A stretch of 63,575 bases of DNA, filler included, from Sphacelaria rigidula (Eukaryota): assembly GCA_964200075.2 (NCBI GenBank). It is 10 parts of 10 records of this genome, joined end to end, with 100 filler letters (N's around TTAATTAATTAA, not from the genome) between each part and the next. Parts side by side here need not be neighbours in the genome. Positions count along the whole stretch, not along the records: positions 6,369 to 12,636 come from CAXNAA020021119.1; positions 12,737 to 19,004 come from CAXNAA020021120.1; positions 19,105 to 25,372 come from CAXNAA020021121.1; 7 more parts are not named here. The stretch is one strand, 5' to 3'. Below are positions 12,330 through 25,100 of this stretch, piece after piece. The notes beneath the pieces are model-generated. The model saw only the letters and a program-made list of their open reading frames with translations. It ran no database searches and was not told the DNA's origin. Position numbers and translations under genes: made by a program. Within the stretch, counting starts at the first letter, position 1. The number at the start of each line of letters is the position of its first letter.

Positions 12330-12636
12330 CCGACGATACTGTATATGTATGACAGCCTCCAATGAGTTGCGTCGTTATCTGGTATCGCCCTTTCCAGAGA
12401 TAGCCATGGGTTCCACACTGCTTCATCGGTGGCTCACTACTTTTTACATTGAAGGGGTGGGGGGTACTCATTTGTTGCTTGCCTTAGTTGTGTGACCATT
12501 GACCACGCATCCCTTTCGGGACGGAGCACCGGTTTGAATCATTCGGTTTGCACCATTGAACGGGGCGGGGGTACTCATGATCATGCATGCCATAGTCATG
12601 AGACCACTGACCTCGCATCCCTACCATGCCGGGACG
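12330..12636 (+). repeat. Cluster of the G-tract-anchored 'GGGGTACTCA' interspersed repeat (3' part of module B, module A, start of module B)
   Basis: Homologous pieces at 8205-8260(-), 19105-19175, 21478-21790(-), 24963-25300, 39320-39510(-), 57366-57510, 57784-57925(-), 61520-61810(-) and 63525-63575(-). Confidence 0.9.
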
Positions 12637-13409
12637 NNNNNNNNNNNNNNNNNNNNNNNNNNNNNNNNNNNNNNNNNNNNTTAATTAATTAANNNNNNNN
12701 NNNNNNNNNNNNNNNNNNNNNNNNNNNNNNNNNNNNGGTCAGAATGGTCATCCTGCGCCTTTCAGGCCTCGTGCACGGCTCATAACTTTCCGCGGGAAAC
12801 TTCCAAACATACATGGTTGACTCCGTGAGCTTCTCCGGTGCTCTGCGTACAGACACCCCCCCCCCGTCAAAAATCACCACCCCCGAGCTCTGGAAACCCC
12901 CGAATGTCTCGGAACTGTCATCCTGTACAATTGTTCCGAGGCGATGCTCGTCGTCTAAGGGTTGACTTCTTCTTTATTGCTTGGTCTCGACCTTCTAGTA
13001 TCCACCCAATCAATCCAACCTCACGCTCAGTGTATCAGTCTCACCAGTGGTAGACTTCTTGCTGAGAGAGCGGCAGTAGATGGTAGTGTCGGAGGGTGGC
13101 TCTCGCTTGCCAAAAGCATGCTCATGCCATCAACGTCTCTGCCATATACAAGTTCACCCTCGTACCTGACCAACTCTGAAGAGACCTGCAGTCTTGGGTC
13201 TTAGAATACCCTAATTGAAAATATAAAGCCGTACTCATCAACGGGTCTGAGGCGGCATGATAATAGACTAATATGCGTCCTCATGACACTAACCCACCCA
13301 CATGGACCTTTATTACAGCTGCGAGGATCTATCCTCAAAGCAGCGAAAACTAAGATTTGTCTTTACCCGTAAAGTCGTGAGCGGCTAATAAAGCATACCT
13401 GAGGTAAAC

Positions 13410-13699
13410 TGTTACGGATCGCGGCGTGGCGTAGTGGATAAGGACAGTACGATGATGGGCCGTCGGTTTCAAAACGACATTGCGCCCGGCGAGCTGATTG
13501 CGGGAACTGGCTAGTACCGCAATCAGGGGCGAAGGGGGCAATCCGTCAAGAGATGGAATGCATAAACATGCCTCTTTACATCCGGTTGGATCCGGTTCTT
13601 TCTGAGGATCGATTCAATCAGCGCCCTGGTGTTCACTTCTTCGCTGAAGTGCAAGGTTTAACACCATCATCGGAAAAGAGAAATCGAACAGGCCTGAAG
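13410..13699 (+). repeat. LTR 5' segment, copy 1
   Basis: Starts TGTTACGG. The 290 bp are nearly identical to 18715-19004 (about 6 substitutions counted by eye). Confidence 0.85.
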
Positions 13700-16579
13700 C
13701 TGTGATCGAGATATCGTGACGTTCGTCGTGTATCATTCTGCGTTGGACTTTCCCACGTGCTGTGAGCTTACGTTTGTTTCAAGGAATACGGCGAGACTGT
13801 AAGATGTTTGATTCAAGCAGTGAGCAGATGTAAGGAGGTCGACATAGTAGTTATGAACGAACTAGTACACAATCAGGATGGTGTATTTTTCAACGTGTTA
13901 CTGCGTATTCAACATGGTATATATATATTAATCATCACGCATTTGTCTGCGCATGGTTGGACTTAACTAGATGCTTGTTCACTCTAGTACATCGGCTCGC
14001 ACAGTAGAGATGCGCATGTGGACAACAACTGAACAACATTATTCTGTTTGTATCATGGCGCTTCTACAACCGGGACTATTGTGCCGACTGTTGTCATCCG
14101 TGACATTTTGATCACACCTCTTGCGATTTTCCGAAATGCGCTCCTTCAACAACGCATCAGCCACGGTGATGTTTCGGTCCCCATATATGAAAATTCTTCG
14201 TTCGCCTCAAACGACAACCCCGCATGTGATGACGTATTTTGCTGTCTGAGAATGACGAATGAACGAACCGATCCTCGGTCAATCCCGTGTGTGCTTGAGC
14301 GCGCTGTCGGCTGTGTTTATCCTACGTCACCTGAAGATACGTGTCCACAGCGTTAGCGCAGCGGTTATTGCCAAACGACTGAGTTTGATGTTTGGGGTGC
14401 ATGTTGCATGGCAGCGGTGACATATATATATATATATATATATATATGCATTCAACAAAGTAGCGGGTATTTGAAGTGTTATTCCCCGCCCCAAGTAGCC
14501 ACCTGCATCAGTCGACAAGCGTTGTTTCAAGCATCATCGATCTATTGCTAGCCAACCTTGCTTCTGCCTTGGCATGTTGTAACCGAGAGGCAAACCGCCA
14601 AACAGATGGTGAGTGAAGCGCACGAAGGTGTACAGGGGAAAACATGATGTTACATGAAGCTAGGGGGGGTATCACCTGCGACCACGTAAAATACCATGTT
14701 ATGCTATGCTTGCTTTACACGCGGTGGCAGGTCAAATATTTCGCACACATAAATGAAAACGTTGAAGCGGTGTGATCTCCCTTACGCCTTGAAATAAAAA
14801 CTTGCTCTCACGGGTGAGTGCACAGGATCGAAATGAGAAAGCCGATCGTGCAAGGAGCTGTGAGATGAGACAGCTTGGTGCTTGCTTTATACACCACACC
14901 ACGGTTGACGCCAAGGTGAAATGATTCTCCACACCGCTTTGCTGTATTCGTGGATGCCATAACTGCTGTACGCCTGAGTTTGCTGTGTAACGTAGCTGCT
15001 CAATTTTACTGTAGGCTCTGATTTCGCCGTTTGATGAGACAACGTCATCCTTGCTTTATAGCCGTGACAGGTCAAATCTTGTCGTGTAGACCTCATTGAG
15101 TAGAGTCACGGTGGATACTAGGATTGCATGACTCTCCACACTGCTTTGCTAAATATTTCCATGCAACAGCTGCTGTATGTTTTCTGCTGTGCAATGCAGC
15201 TGAAAGAAGCGACGCTATGCTGCCTCACACATCAAGCTTGCTGTTTGCTGTACTCGCTACACGTGAGTTTACACTGCAACTCAAAATGAAGTGAAACCAC
15301 TGTGCCCGTTTCACATGCCCCGTTTACCGACGCCAGCTGGGGTTGAAGTTTGAAGTTGTTCACCCCAAGCCTGCGCAATGATACCCCTGCAGCTCCGTCG
15401 TAAAACAACCGTTGCGATTGGTAGTGATGATGCTATAAAGGATGGCAGTTTGTAAGCGACATACATTATTGCTTGGATGCTACGTCTATCACTCTCGAAA
15501 ATCACAGACGCACGGGAGAGTGCTTCAGATGTCCAAAGGTTGCCGGGGCGCGATCTTTTTCATGCATTCAGTCACTTTAGCTGCGAGTGACGTACTTTCA
15601 CTAGAGGCGCGAATATCCGGGTGTTACACTCATATGTAGAAACTGTATGGGGCATGCAAACTAGGTTGGATTTATAAATCATTTCAATCCCACTGCTTCA
15701 AGTTAAGCTCTAGGCGTTGCCGCTGGACGGAGTAACGTTGGATTCGTTCACATCTGACGCCGCTGTCGCCATATGCTTTGATTTTTGCATAGTGATGCTT
15801 GGTTCATGCAAACTCCACTTCGGTAAGACCCGCTGGATGAAAAATCGCTTGTGTCTCCACAAATTGAGTGGCGATATCACCCTGGGGTTCACGACATGCA
15901 ACCGTTTTATTTATTGTGATGCTGTTACAATATGGCTGTACAGGATGACGGTACTGACTGTTTACAGCCTGCACCATCTCCTCGATGAAATTGTTGACTC
16001 TGTACTCAGTCGAGTAGTGCATGAGTAATGTGCTTTCACTGTGGGGACAAAACTGTTCCAGATCACCATCGAATATCAAATGTCGGACTATGCATGCGGA
16101 AGAACCTCTGCCGTGTACTGTTTATTCGAGTCTATATACTGTGGGGACACATGAGGTAGTGATGGCCGTGTTGCCTGAGTGAAACTACTAAACGCGGTAT
16201 TAAACCAGTAGATGGGAGTTAACGAACTGCCTGTGGAAGAGATACAAAGGGGCTGTCGAGATGTTGTCGGCTACAATTAGTATCGAGCACAACGGCATGC
16301 ACTTTTGGGAACGCGAACCAGTTGCTAGGGCATCTCATGCATGACCAAGGATGCAACGGTGAAAGAGTGTCATTTCTACTCTATACTTCGCAAATTCACA
16401 AAACTGCTTGTGCGACCGTAATGTCCAACTGGTTGTGCATACATGCTACAAAGCACGATACCATGTAAGCCAATTAGCCGTGAACGGAAATGTCGAGGCT
16501 TGAGTGAACGAAACATGAGGTATTTACCCCACCCCCTGGTCACGGGGGGCAAATCGTGAATGCTCGAAATGCTTTATTA

Positions 16580-17350
16580 TCCTGGAGAATGGACGTATTC
16601 TCTACGTGGTTCCCCCTGTTTGATCGTTTGCGCCCTTGGTAGATATCTTCAAAAAGTATATACGAACCATGCATGCGTAAAACAAATGGAGAGTTATGTG
16701 AAGTTGTTTCGATGCGAAGAGATTAATCCCAACCATGTGCTTCTAGCTTACATTTCGACTATAAACGTACCATTATTCGATTAATATTACCCACAGCGGT
16801 GGATCACAGGACTGCATGAAGCCTGCAAGAGTTGCTCGTCGACAATTATTGTTGGTGCCCGCCTGCCAATTTCCATGTAGCTACTCATAAGTGTGATAAT
16901 CAACCCAGGTCCACAACGATTGGGCGGCCATGAGTGAAGCTGCATGCTAATGTGTTTGCATGAGACCACCAGACGGATGCCCCGTCAGTTCCCGTTGACT
17001 GTCTATACTCGTGCACGCTCCGACAATCCATTCGAAGATGACCGTCTACTTGTGCACGGTCTGACAATCCACTCGAAGATGGCCGTCTACCTGTGCGCGC
17101 TATGACCGTCCTGGGACAGGGCTACATTCTTCTGGTCTTGAGAGTCCAGGGGTTCCACACACCACACATTCCTTTGCCGAGATTTATACCGGAAACAATC
17201 TGATGGAAGTTGTTGGCTTGTAATGAACGACTCGTGTGTTTATCGCGGAGACTATGCAAGTTGCTAACATACAAGCCGGATATCGAATGAATGAACGAGA
17301 AAGTTATATGAACCACATATATTCATGTATGCTTGCACTATACAGCGAAC
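16580..17350 (+). pseudogene. Possible KDZ/Zisupton-like transposase relic
   Basis: Frame-joined motifs LIVCALG..MES (~16620-16695), NFHVATHKC (~16868-16894) and ESYMNH (~17300). The relic is followed by a minisatellite and a TIR-like end. Confidence 0.33.
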
Positions 17351-17413
17351 AGGCAGGATTGCATACAGGAAAATGGGCGAGGATGAAGGCTCAAGACGTC
17401 AAGACCATGCTTG

Positions 17414-17820
17414 TTCGAACAAGTTGACAGGGGAGCCAGGGTTTCCCATGTGTTTTCGAATAGGTTGACAGGGATCCAGGATTTCCCATGTGCTTTCGAA
17501 CAGGTTGACAGGGGATCCAGGATTCCCCATGCGTTTTCGAACAGGCTGACAGGGGGCTAGGTGTTTCCCATGCGCGCGTGAACAGGCTGACAGGGATCCA
17601 GGATTTCCCATGTGTTTTCGAACAGGTCGACAGGGAGCCGGAATTTCCCGTGTATTTTCGAACAGGTTGACAGGGGGCCAGGAGTTTCCCATGTGCGTGC
17701 GAACAGGTTGACAGGGAACCAGGGTTTTCCCATGTGTGTTCGAACAGGTTGACATGGAGCCGGAATTCCCTTGGGAGTCCATGAATTTACACCTGGCTGT
17801 CCCCGACACGTGACACCCTG
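17414..17820. repeat. ~40-bp minisatellite (about 9 units) ending in a TIR-like terminus
   Basis: Unit TTCGAACAGGTTGACAGGGA(G/T)CCAGG(A/G)TTTCCCATGTGTT. Ends ...TGTCCCCGACACGTGACACCCTG at 17820, similar to ...TGTCCGACGTGTGACACCTTG at 55662. Confidence 0.9.
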
Positions 17821-17913
17821 GCCAAATGCACCCGCGTGAACCTGTTTTGTCCGGTTATATTGCTGCTCCATTCGTTCTCCTTCCCCTTTATTATTTGTTC
17901 GCTATCGTTACAC

Positions 17914-17925
17914 TGGTGAAGCGCG
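17914..17925 (+). promoter_or_regulatory. Putative primer-binding site after an LTR end
   Basis: ...CGTTACA (17906-17912, an imperfect inverted match to the LTR start TGTTACG) is followed by c-TGGTGAAGCGCG. Confidence 0.5.
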
Positions 17926-18018
17926 AACGCCATTTTAGCCGAAGCGAGTAGGAACGATGCACAGTAGCTGTGGGTACAAGCTGAAGTTTGGCATCACAGC
18001 AAGAGTAGCCACCGCTCA

Positions 18019-18340
18019 CCAGTAACGGTGTTACTGGGCACCGGGGTAGGGGGGGGAGCTATGCATCGAAACAGTGGTGAAGGTTGTTGGTAACGCAGGG
18101 TAATAAAGCAAATAAGTTGCAACGGCAGGGAGTAGGAGTTTTGAGGTCAGCTAACCCTAGTAACAGTAAGATACCTCAGATGAAAATTCTAGGGTCAGCG
18201 GTAATTCCTATTCTTTCTCGCACAAAGGATAAGTTAATAAAGGTATGGGTTCGGGTGGTCGGTGGATTACCATATAAGTTTATTGCGGCAGCGAGTTCTT
18301 CAGGAAAAACAAGAGCACACTATCTTTCGAATGGCGACCG
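18019..18340 (+). pseudogene. Degenerate Ty3/gypsy-type aspartic protease
   Basis: PVTVLLGTG (catalytic DTG mutated to GTG), then GSY.S after a frameshift in a G-run, LRSAN..MKILGSAVIP, VRVVGGLPYKFI, and GSEFFRKNK after a second frameshift (the ILGxDF motif). Confidence 0.75.
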
Positions 18341-18700
18341 AGATTTCGGCCTTTTCCGGAGGCGCCGTGAGTCCGGCTCGTGGCTAACAGTTCCCCAAAA
18401 CTCGGCAGATAGATCTATAAGAGCGGGAGTTGCCGAAACTGTTCAAGATTGTATCTGCAAGGTGTTTAAATTCCCTACGTGGTCTAACGCGGCAGAGCGG
18501 TCAACAAGATCAAGGACACCACCCCGGGCGGGATAGAATCGTTTCTGCGCGGTGTTGAAATGCCCTACGCGGTCTAACCCCGCAGAACGGTTATCAAGAT
18601 CGACGGCTACACCAAGACGCCGAGTACTCGGGAAGAGGGACATGGTATCGCGGCGATCCATCGTGTGAACCACGTCCAGCCCTAGGGTTTTTCAATCCTG

Positions 18701-19004
18701 GGACTGAGGGGGGGTGTTCCGGATCGCGGCGTGGCGTGGTGGATAAGGACAGTACGATGATGGGCCGTCGGTTTCAAAACGACATTACGCCCGGAGGGCT
18801 GATTGCGGGAACTGGCTAGTACCGCAATCAGGGGCGAAGGGGGCAATCCGTCAAGAGATGGAATGCATAAACATGCTTCTTTACATCCGGTTGGATCCGG
18901 TTCTTTCTGAGGATCGATTCAATCAGCGCCCTGGTGTTCACTTCTTCGCTGAAGTGCAAGGTTTAACACCATCATCGGAAAAGAGAAATCGAACAGGCCT
19001 GAAG
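18701..19004 (+). repeat. Polypurine tract and 3' LTR (truncated by contig end)
   Basis: GGACTGAGGGGGGG (18701-18714) sits immediately before TGTTCCGG (18715). Matches 13410-13699. Confidence 0.88.
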
Positions 19005-21477
19005 NNNNNNNNNNNNNNNNNNNNNNNNNNNNNNNNNNNNNNNNNNNNTTAATTAATTAANNNNNNNNNNNNNNNNNNNNNNNNNNNNNNNNNNNNNNNN
19101 NNNNGGGGGCGTACTCAATTCTTGCTTGCCTTAGTCATTTGACCATTGACCACGCATCCCTTTCGAGACGGAGCAATTTGGGCAGGGGGGGGGAAAGCAA
19201 CCACACTTCTGGACCCCCTGGATCTAAAGCATGGTCGTTAGAGGGGTGTTGGCTAGAGCATTAATGGTTACAACGTTGACTGCTGTGCCCGCATCGCGGC
19301 GTCAAGATACAGGGAGAAGGGTATGCAGCTCGCGCAAGCCACCTATTGCACACGTTATTGTCGGTCAGGTAACCTAGTCTTTCTCGACACGGAATCGATG
19401 TTGTCCAGTTCAAGCGTGTGACGTGCTATGTTCACGGGTGTGACTGCCAGCATCATGCGGCGCTTTTTCACATGAACATATTTCATGTGGGATATTCGTT
19501 TTGGAAATACGTTCAGGAGAATACCTACACGGATTTAAGCCAGATGGCCACGCTTACTTTCGTGGGGTAGATACTCTCGTGATTTCTTTGCGGGTGGTGT
19601 ACGCTGGCTAAATCCTCTCTGCCTGTGCTTGGTAGCCTTGGTGCTTCCGATGCACTACATTGCTGGTACACATAAAGCATGTCTTGCGCCACGTCACATC
19701 GTCTCAGTAGTCCGCACGGCACTGTCTATACTACTGCTGTACCCTCTATACGAACTATTTGCACCAAGGGCTAGATGTTACAGCCCAAAACGTTGAGCGT
19801 GTCATCGCTCTCCACCGCATACATTCGTACGCCATTTTTAGTTCTCCTCAATCTTACACAGCACTGTACCGCAACTATCTTGGTGAACAGGGGGAGGCAG
19901 CAGGCCCGTCGCAAAAGACTACACGAAGAGCAACGTGTACCACCTCATGTTGTATGCTTTGATCGATGGTGGAGTGGTCGTTATAGTGTTGGATAAGCAA
20001 GGCTTGACTGCGAGGTGGTTCGATACAGTCCATCTATTCGAGGGCATGATAGACTCAGCGACCGATCAAAGCCATCGAAATAGTCACACCGCTCCTTCAG
20101 GCGTGTTGCCGGGCCCATACAATCGAAGAACACGCATGATTGATAAGAAGAGGTGTCTCCAACCGCATGAGAACCCACACCCACCCTCCCTCGCTGAAAA
20201 AGGATCCTCTTCGCCTTTGAAACACCTCGAATACCAATTGACTTTCAGCAGTCAAAGCGCTCGGAGATGTATCTCGCCGTCGCCCCGTGTCTTATGGGGG
20301 GTAGACTAGATGTGATTTTTTCAGGCCATCTGATGTCACATGGTTTGGGTGGAGATGGGCTAACCATGGTCACCTGAACTCATCTTGAGAGATGTCGATG
20401 ATGTTCTCGTGGAGAGATTGACCGTGTCACCGTTTAATACGAGTGGTCACGCCAGTAACTTAGGCGGGCTTCAAAGCTGACGTCGCTGTGTATGATGTGT
20501 GCGACTAAGCGCTATTCGGGAGCAAAGCAAGCATGACGACACTCTCATGTCAAAGCCAGGATGATTGGATCGACCTCTTTCCTCCCTACACGATGATACC
20601 AGAGACTATGTTCTCTTCCCGCTATGGCATAGAGCATGCCCCGAAAAGATTGCAACTACGAAAAATAAAACACGTCTCATGATGCTCACAGACACGATCG
20701 TGAACGGAACACGTCTGGCGCTTTTATAACTCGGCCGCCGCGATACCTTGTTGAGCTGGGACTAGGTCGCCTGAACGGCGCCAACGTTGGCGATAGACGG
20801 CTCGCGCGAGCTGCTTTCCCTTCTTGATGTATGCTGAGCTGCCACATATCAGACCGCGATGCCGGCGAAGGAGTCAAGGCTGTATGAAAACTCTCACAAC
20901 TCTTCTCCGACGACCATGCCCTAGGCCTAGGGAGTCTGAAAGTACCAGTTCTTGCCGAGCCTAAGTTACCAGAACATTTGGAACAATAACCTCAGGTGAT
21001 CGCGTGCCCCCTAACCTGGCCAGATTAGCCTCTTACAAGATTTGGTCGGGTGATTCGCCCGCTGCTGGTCGGGCCATTGGAGTTCTCTCTTCGCCCAAGT
21101 GCCCCCCCCCTCGGGTGGTCGCGGTCAAAGGACTATAAGGCAAGCAACAACACGCCTGCGATCGCTTGCGGGGTAAGTGTTGGGTTGGGTTTCCTCCTTC
21201 CATCAAGGAAAACAACATGATTTCCCCCTCCCCCCCCCTTCCCCTCCCCACTCCCCCCTCCTCTGCCCCCGATGGGGTTGACGTCGGTTGGCAATGATGC
21301 TGTAAAACACGCCGCTCACTGCGTCGGCCAGGCAACCAGGTTACCGCTTCCTGTTTTTGCGCGCTTGCGTTTTTTATTTTGCGGTAGCCATGATGGTGGT
21401 CGAGCTAGATCATATTGTGCGAGGTGGGAGAACCTCAACTCCGCGCAGCGAGGATGATCATACCACGCAGTGTTTAA

Positions 21478-21790
21478 ATGGTGAGACACCCATGGGGTAG
21501 CGTGTAAGCCGTGACTATCTCTGGTAGTGGCGATACCAGAAAATAAAGCAACTCATTGGAGGCTGTCATCCGCATGCAAGATATCAGTACGCTTCGGGCC
21601 GAACAATGAGCAAGATGCAGCTCACCCTCCATGGGACTCACCGAACACATGCCGGCGCTTTGCGCTTGGTGACTGATTGCGAGCCTGGTCCGGCGAAAAC
21701 TCAGCGTGCTCCGTCCCGGCTTTGTAGGGAGGGATGCAGGGTCAATGGTCATATGACTACGGCATGCAAGATCACGAGTACCCCCCCCCA
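21478..21790 (-). repeat. Near full-length module B of the G-tract-anchored repeat
   Basis: Reverse complement of GGGGTACTCGTGATCTTGCATGCC...ACAGCCTCCAATGAGTTGC...GGGTGTCTCACCATTT. Confidence 0.85.
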
Positions 21791-21830
21791 CCCCCCACCC
21801 CCCGCACCCCCTCCTGTTCATGGGAGTTGG

Positions 21831-22150
21831 CCTTATCCTTAAGCTACGACCCCCCCACAGGTCGATTTAGATCGTCCTGACATATTGTGGATTCAGATTT
21901 GATATCATTTGAGATTAAACGCCTACTATATTCACATGAAGACATGGATGTTGAGGGTCTGATCGGCTTCGAGCCACAAGCCTAGTTCATCCTTATCCTT
22001 AAGCTGCGACTCCCCCACAGGTCGATTTAGATCGTCCTGACACGTTGTGGAATCAGATTTGATATCATTTGAGATTAAACGCCTACTATATGCACATGAA
22101 GACATACATGGATGTTGAGGGTCTGATCGGCTTCGAGCCACAAGTCTAGT
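21831..22150. repeat. 160-bp tandem duplication
   Basis: 21831-21990 is repeated from 21991 with few substitutions and one 4-bp indel. Confidence 0.95.
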
Positions 22151-25100
22151 GCATATGTATATGCCCTCACTGAGCGGTTTTGATGGAGCTTCATGCCTTG
22201 CGCGTGATGCACGCTGCCACCCGCTACCGCTGCGATATATGCAAATATACACGGCTCCATTCCCCCACTTTTCTCAGCCTTAGCCTTCGTACTTTTCGGG
22301 GCAGTGCGAGGACACCTCGCACATGTTTTGATCTTGCAAGCATGTCACATCGTTTCAACTGCTTGTACTGGTGCTGTGCCGTGTATTCTGATGTTTATTT
22401 TTGTATTTTATCGGCGACTGAGTACGGCGGCAAAATAACCAGTGTGTCATCCCTCCCCAGTGCAACAGTTTACTGCACGCTGTTTCTATACCTGCTTTGT
22501 GTTCCACGACGAGACTACCGTTGTTGGTGCGCAGCTGTTTCGATGGCAGAAGAGGGGCCAGGCAGGGGTGCAGAGATTGAGCGCAGGACAAAGAGCACTT
22601 TTTGTGTGTGCTGCGATGGTTGAGTGGTCGGTACCCAAATGGTCACATGCGGCTGGGGTGCAAGGTAGGTGTTCTGTAGGTGTTCTATGGGGAACATAGT
22701 GACCGAAGTGACCATTCAAAGCATTAAAAATCGTCACATTAAAAATCGTCACTTCCCCCCCCCTCCGGGCTTTGTGCCTGACTTGAAATTTCTGCTTGAA
22801 ACACCCTCCGCAAACTTTGTATTTTCGTTGTTGTTCTGGGAACAGACATCCCCTTCCAACCGTACCCGTCCACTTGGAAAGCCTACTTATCCCTTTACAG
22901 TCAGGCAGCGAGCGGCTTCCGAGATAAGGGTCACGGAACCCTTTCGGGGCTCACTCCGTGCTAGCGCTACGTAAATGCAGTGTTGCCTTTTAATTGTTGC
23001 CTGGTCGTGCTAGTATTAACCACTAACAACACCAGAGGGCGGAGCGATCTTGCACCCAGCGGCCAAAACGGGCGTTCATTTCTTGTTCATGCAGGAGAAC
23101 CATGCCGCTGGCAGACATTCCTGCACAATGATCAAGTAACTATAAAGTAACGACTGAACAAAACACGATGTAGTGCCAGGGCGATGTGGGTATTTCGGGG
23201 GTCAGAAATATCTTCATCGTTCTCCGGAAATGTCTGCAATTTTGGGCCGGACATTCACTACTTGGGTTTAGAGTACGACAAACAGAGTACGAGTAAAGCC
23301 TCCGGGTAAACGGCCCACCCCGTAACCACAACTAATCCAGCATACGAACACCAACAAGTAGCTGGGAGATCATGTGAACTGAGTGAACACGGCGACTGTA
23401 TATCAACTAGCGATGGCAAAGGGTTCCATTCATACGTACCCTTTCCAGCCGCGGCTGGCAGCAGCATGATCGGGGACACAAGCCGCCAGCAACTACTGCA
23501 CACAAGCTACTTTTTAATAGTGCGCAAATGGGCTGGTACATCTCTGCGTATGTATTCTGCACTACACTGCAATGTTCCGTATATTATTGTACTGCACTGT
23601 GCTGTGCAGTACGCGCGTTGTTGGCCATCTCCCCCCAGTAAGCGTCGCTGTTGCCCTGACTTTGAGGTTGGAAACACGTATATCGGCGACAGGGTTAGAT
23701 TTAGATAGGCATATGAGCACTGTACTTCGCCATGCGGAGCGATGTTGGACTGCGCTCCGCTCTATTACCCCTGTCCTTTCCTGCTCCAGTAATGACTGTG
23801 ATCCGTGAGGTATGCGTGGGCTGCATGCGCTCTTTTGAATCTTGTTTTGAACTCTGAACGTACGCGGTTGATTTGGTCATGTGCGTTCCTCTCTGCACTC
23901 ACGACCAGCCAACAGGACGCGCGTTTCAACATTTGTGAGGGTGGAGCCGTGAAGGGTTTAGACGCTTCAAGTCCAGCAGTATGAAATACGTCGAGGGAAA
24001 CGCCGACCCGTCGTGCCTTTTTTCCCTTTCAGGAACGTTTGTGTCCATGGTTTTTTTTCTCCCGAATACTATTTCTTTCGTGATGGGCTTTCTATCTCCT
24101 ATGCATTTCTCTTCTAATATGTTTTCCCGAATTTTCTATTGGTTTGTGTTTTCCGGGTTCTCGGCCTGTTTTTGTTGTTCATCTTGTTTTTTGACGTTAC
24201 CCGCGCGTTCAGCCCCCCTTTTGTTGTTCACGGGCCTCCTTATGTCCTCTCTCATCACTTTGGGGCTCATGAGCTCGCCGATTTTTGTCTCTGGTTTTTC
24301 ATTCTACTTTAACCCTTATGCCCCCCAGGCTCAACGACAACAAAAGCGGGTTTTGCTGGCGAGTCGTTAGTGTGTAAAATGGCGCATATAGTCAATATTA
24401 ACCGCGCTCGCACTAGGAAACACGTAGTCCATACATGTATCCCAGATGAGTTAGCCAGGACTACGGCAGCATAGTACAGTAGTAGGGCATCGCACCGCAC
24501 CGCACAGAAGAGTGCAGTCCGACATATCCCCGTCTCTATCCAATCCTGTCACCGACACAACATGGCTCCCAGCTCCATGTCAGGGCAGCAACAGGGTGTC
24601 TTGACCAGGTGCTCGTTGGTCAAGCCAACAACAAGCGGATATACAGCACAATACGGTACCGTTAGTTTATATGTGGAGAGATGTGCTGGCCGAATCCGCG
24701 TGCACACCAGTTTGTGGCTGGACGGGGATGCGGGCGAGTGACATACTGTACTCTACCATTGCTGCGTATTGCAATCGCCGAACACTCGTGGTTCCCTTGA
24801 TATCCCAGTTGCTTGTTAGTATGCTGTGATTTCCACCGTGGAAAGCATAAGAGCATGAGTAAACAGAGCAGTCGACTGGATTTATTCGACGTGAGTTCAC
24901 GCGGTGCGGGAGTGCTGATAGTCATGACCCAATCCGCGAAACCAAAATGCAAGGCGTGTACCGGGGGGGGGGTGTACTCATCATCATGCCTGCCATAGTC
25001 GTCTTAGAGGGGGGCGTACTCATTTGTTGCTTGCCTTAGTCGTTTGACCCTTGACCACGCATCCCTTTCGAGACGGAGTACCGTTCCTACTCCTAATAGA

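Noticed and set aside
17414..17775. CRISPR-like array
   Set aside because: The units are contiguous degenerate copies with no unique spacers, there are no cas genes, and the context is eukaryotic.
21750..21780. Resemblance of the module B head to the 18S rRNA 5' end
   Set aside because: A short gapped match only, with no further rRNA similarity.
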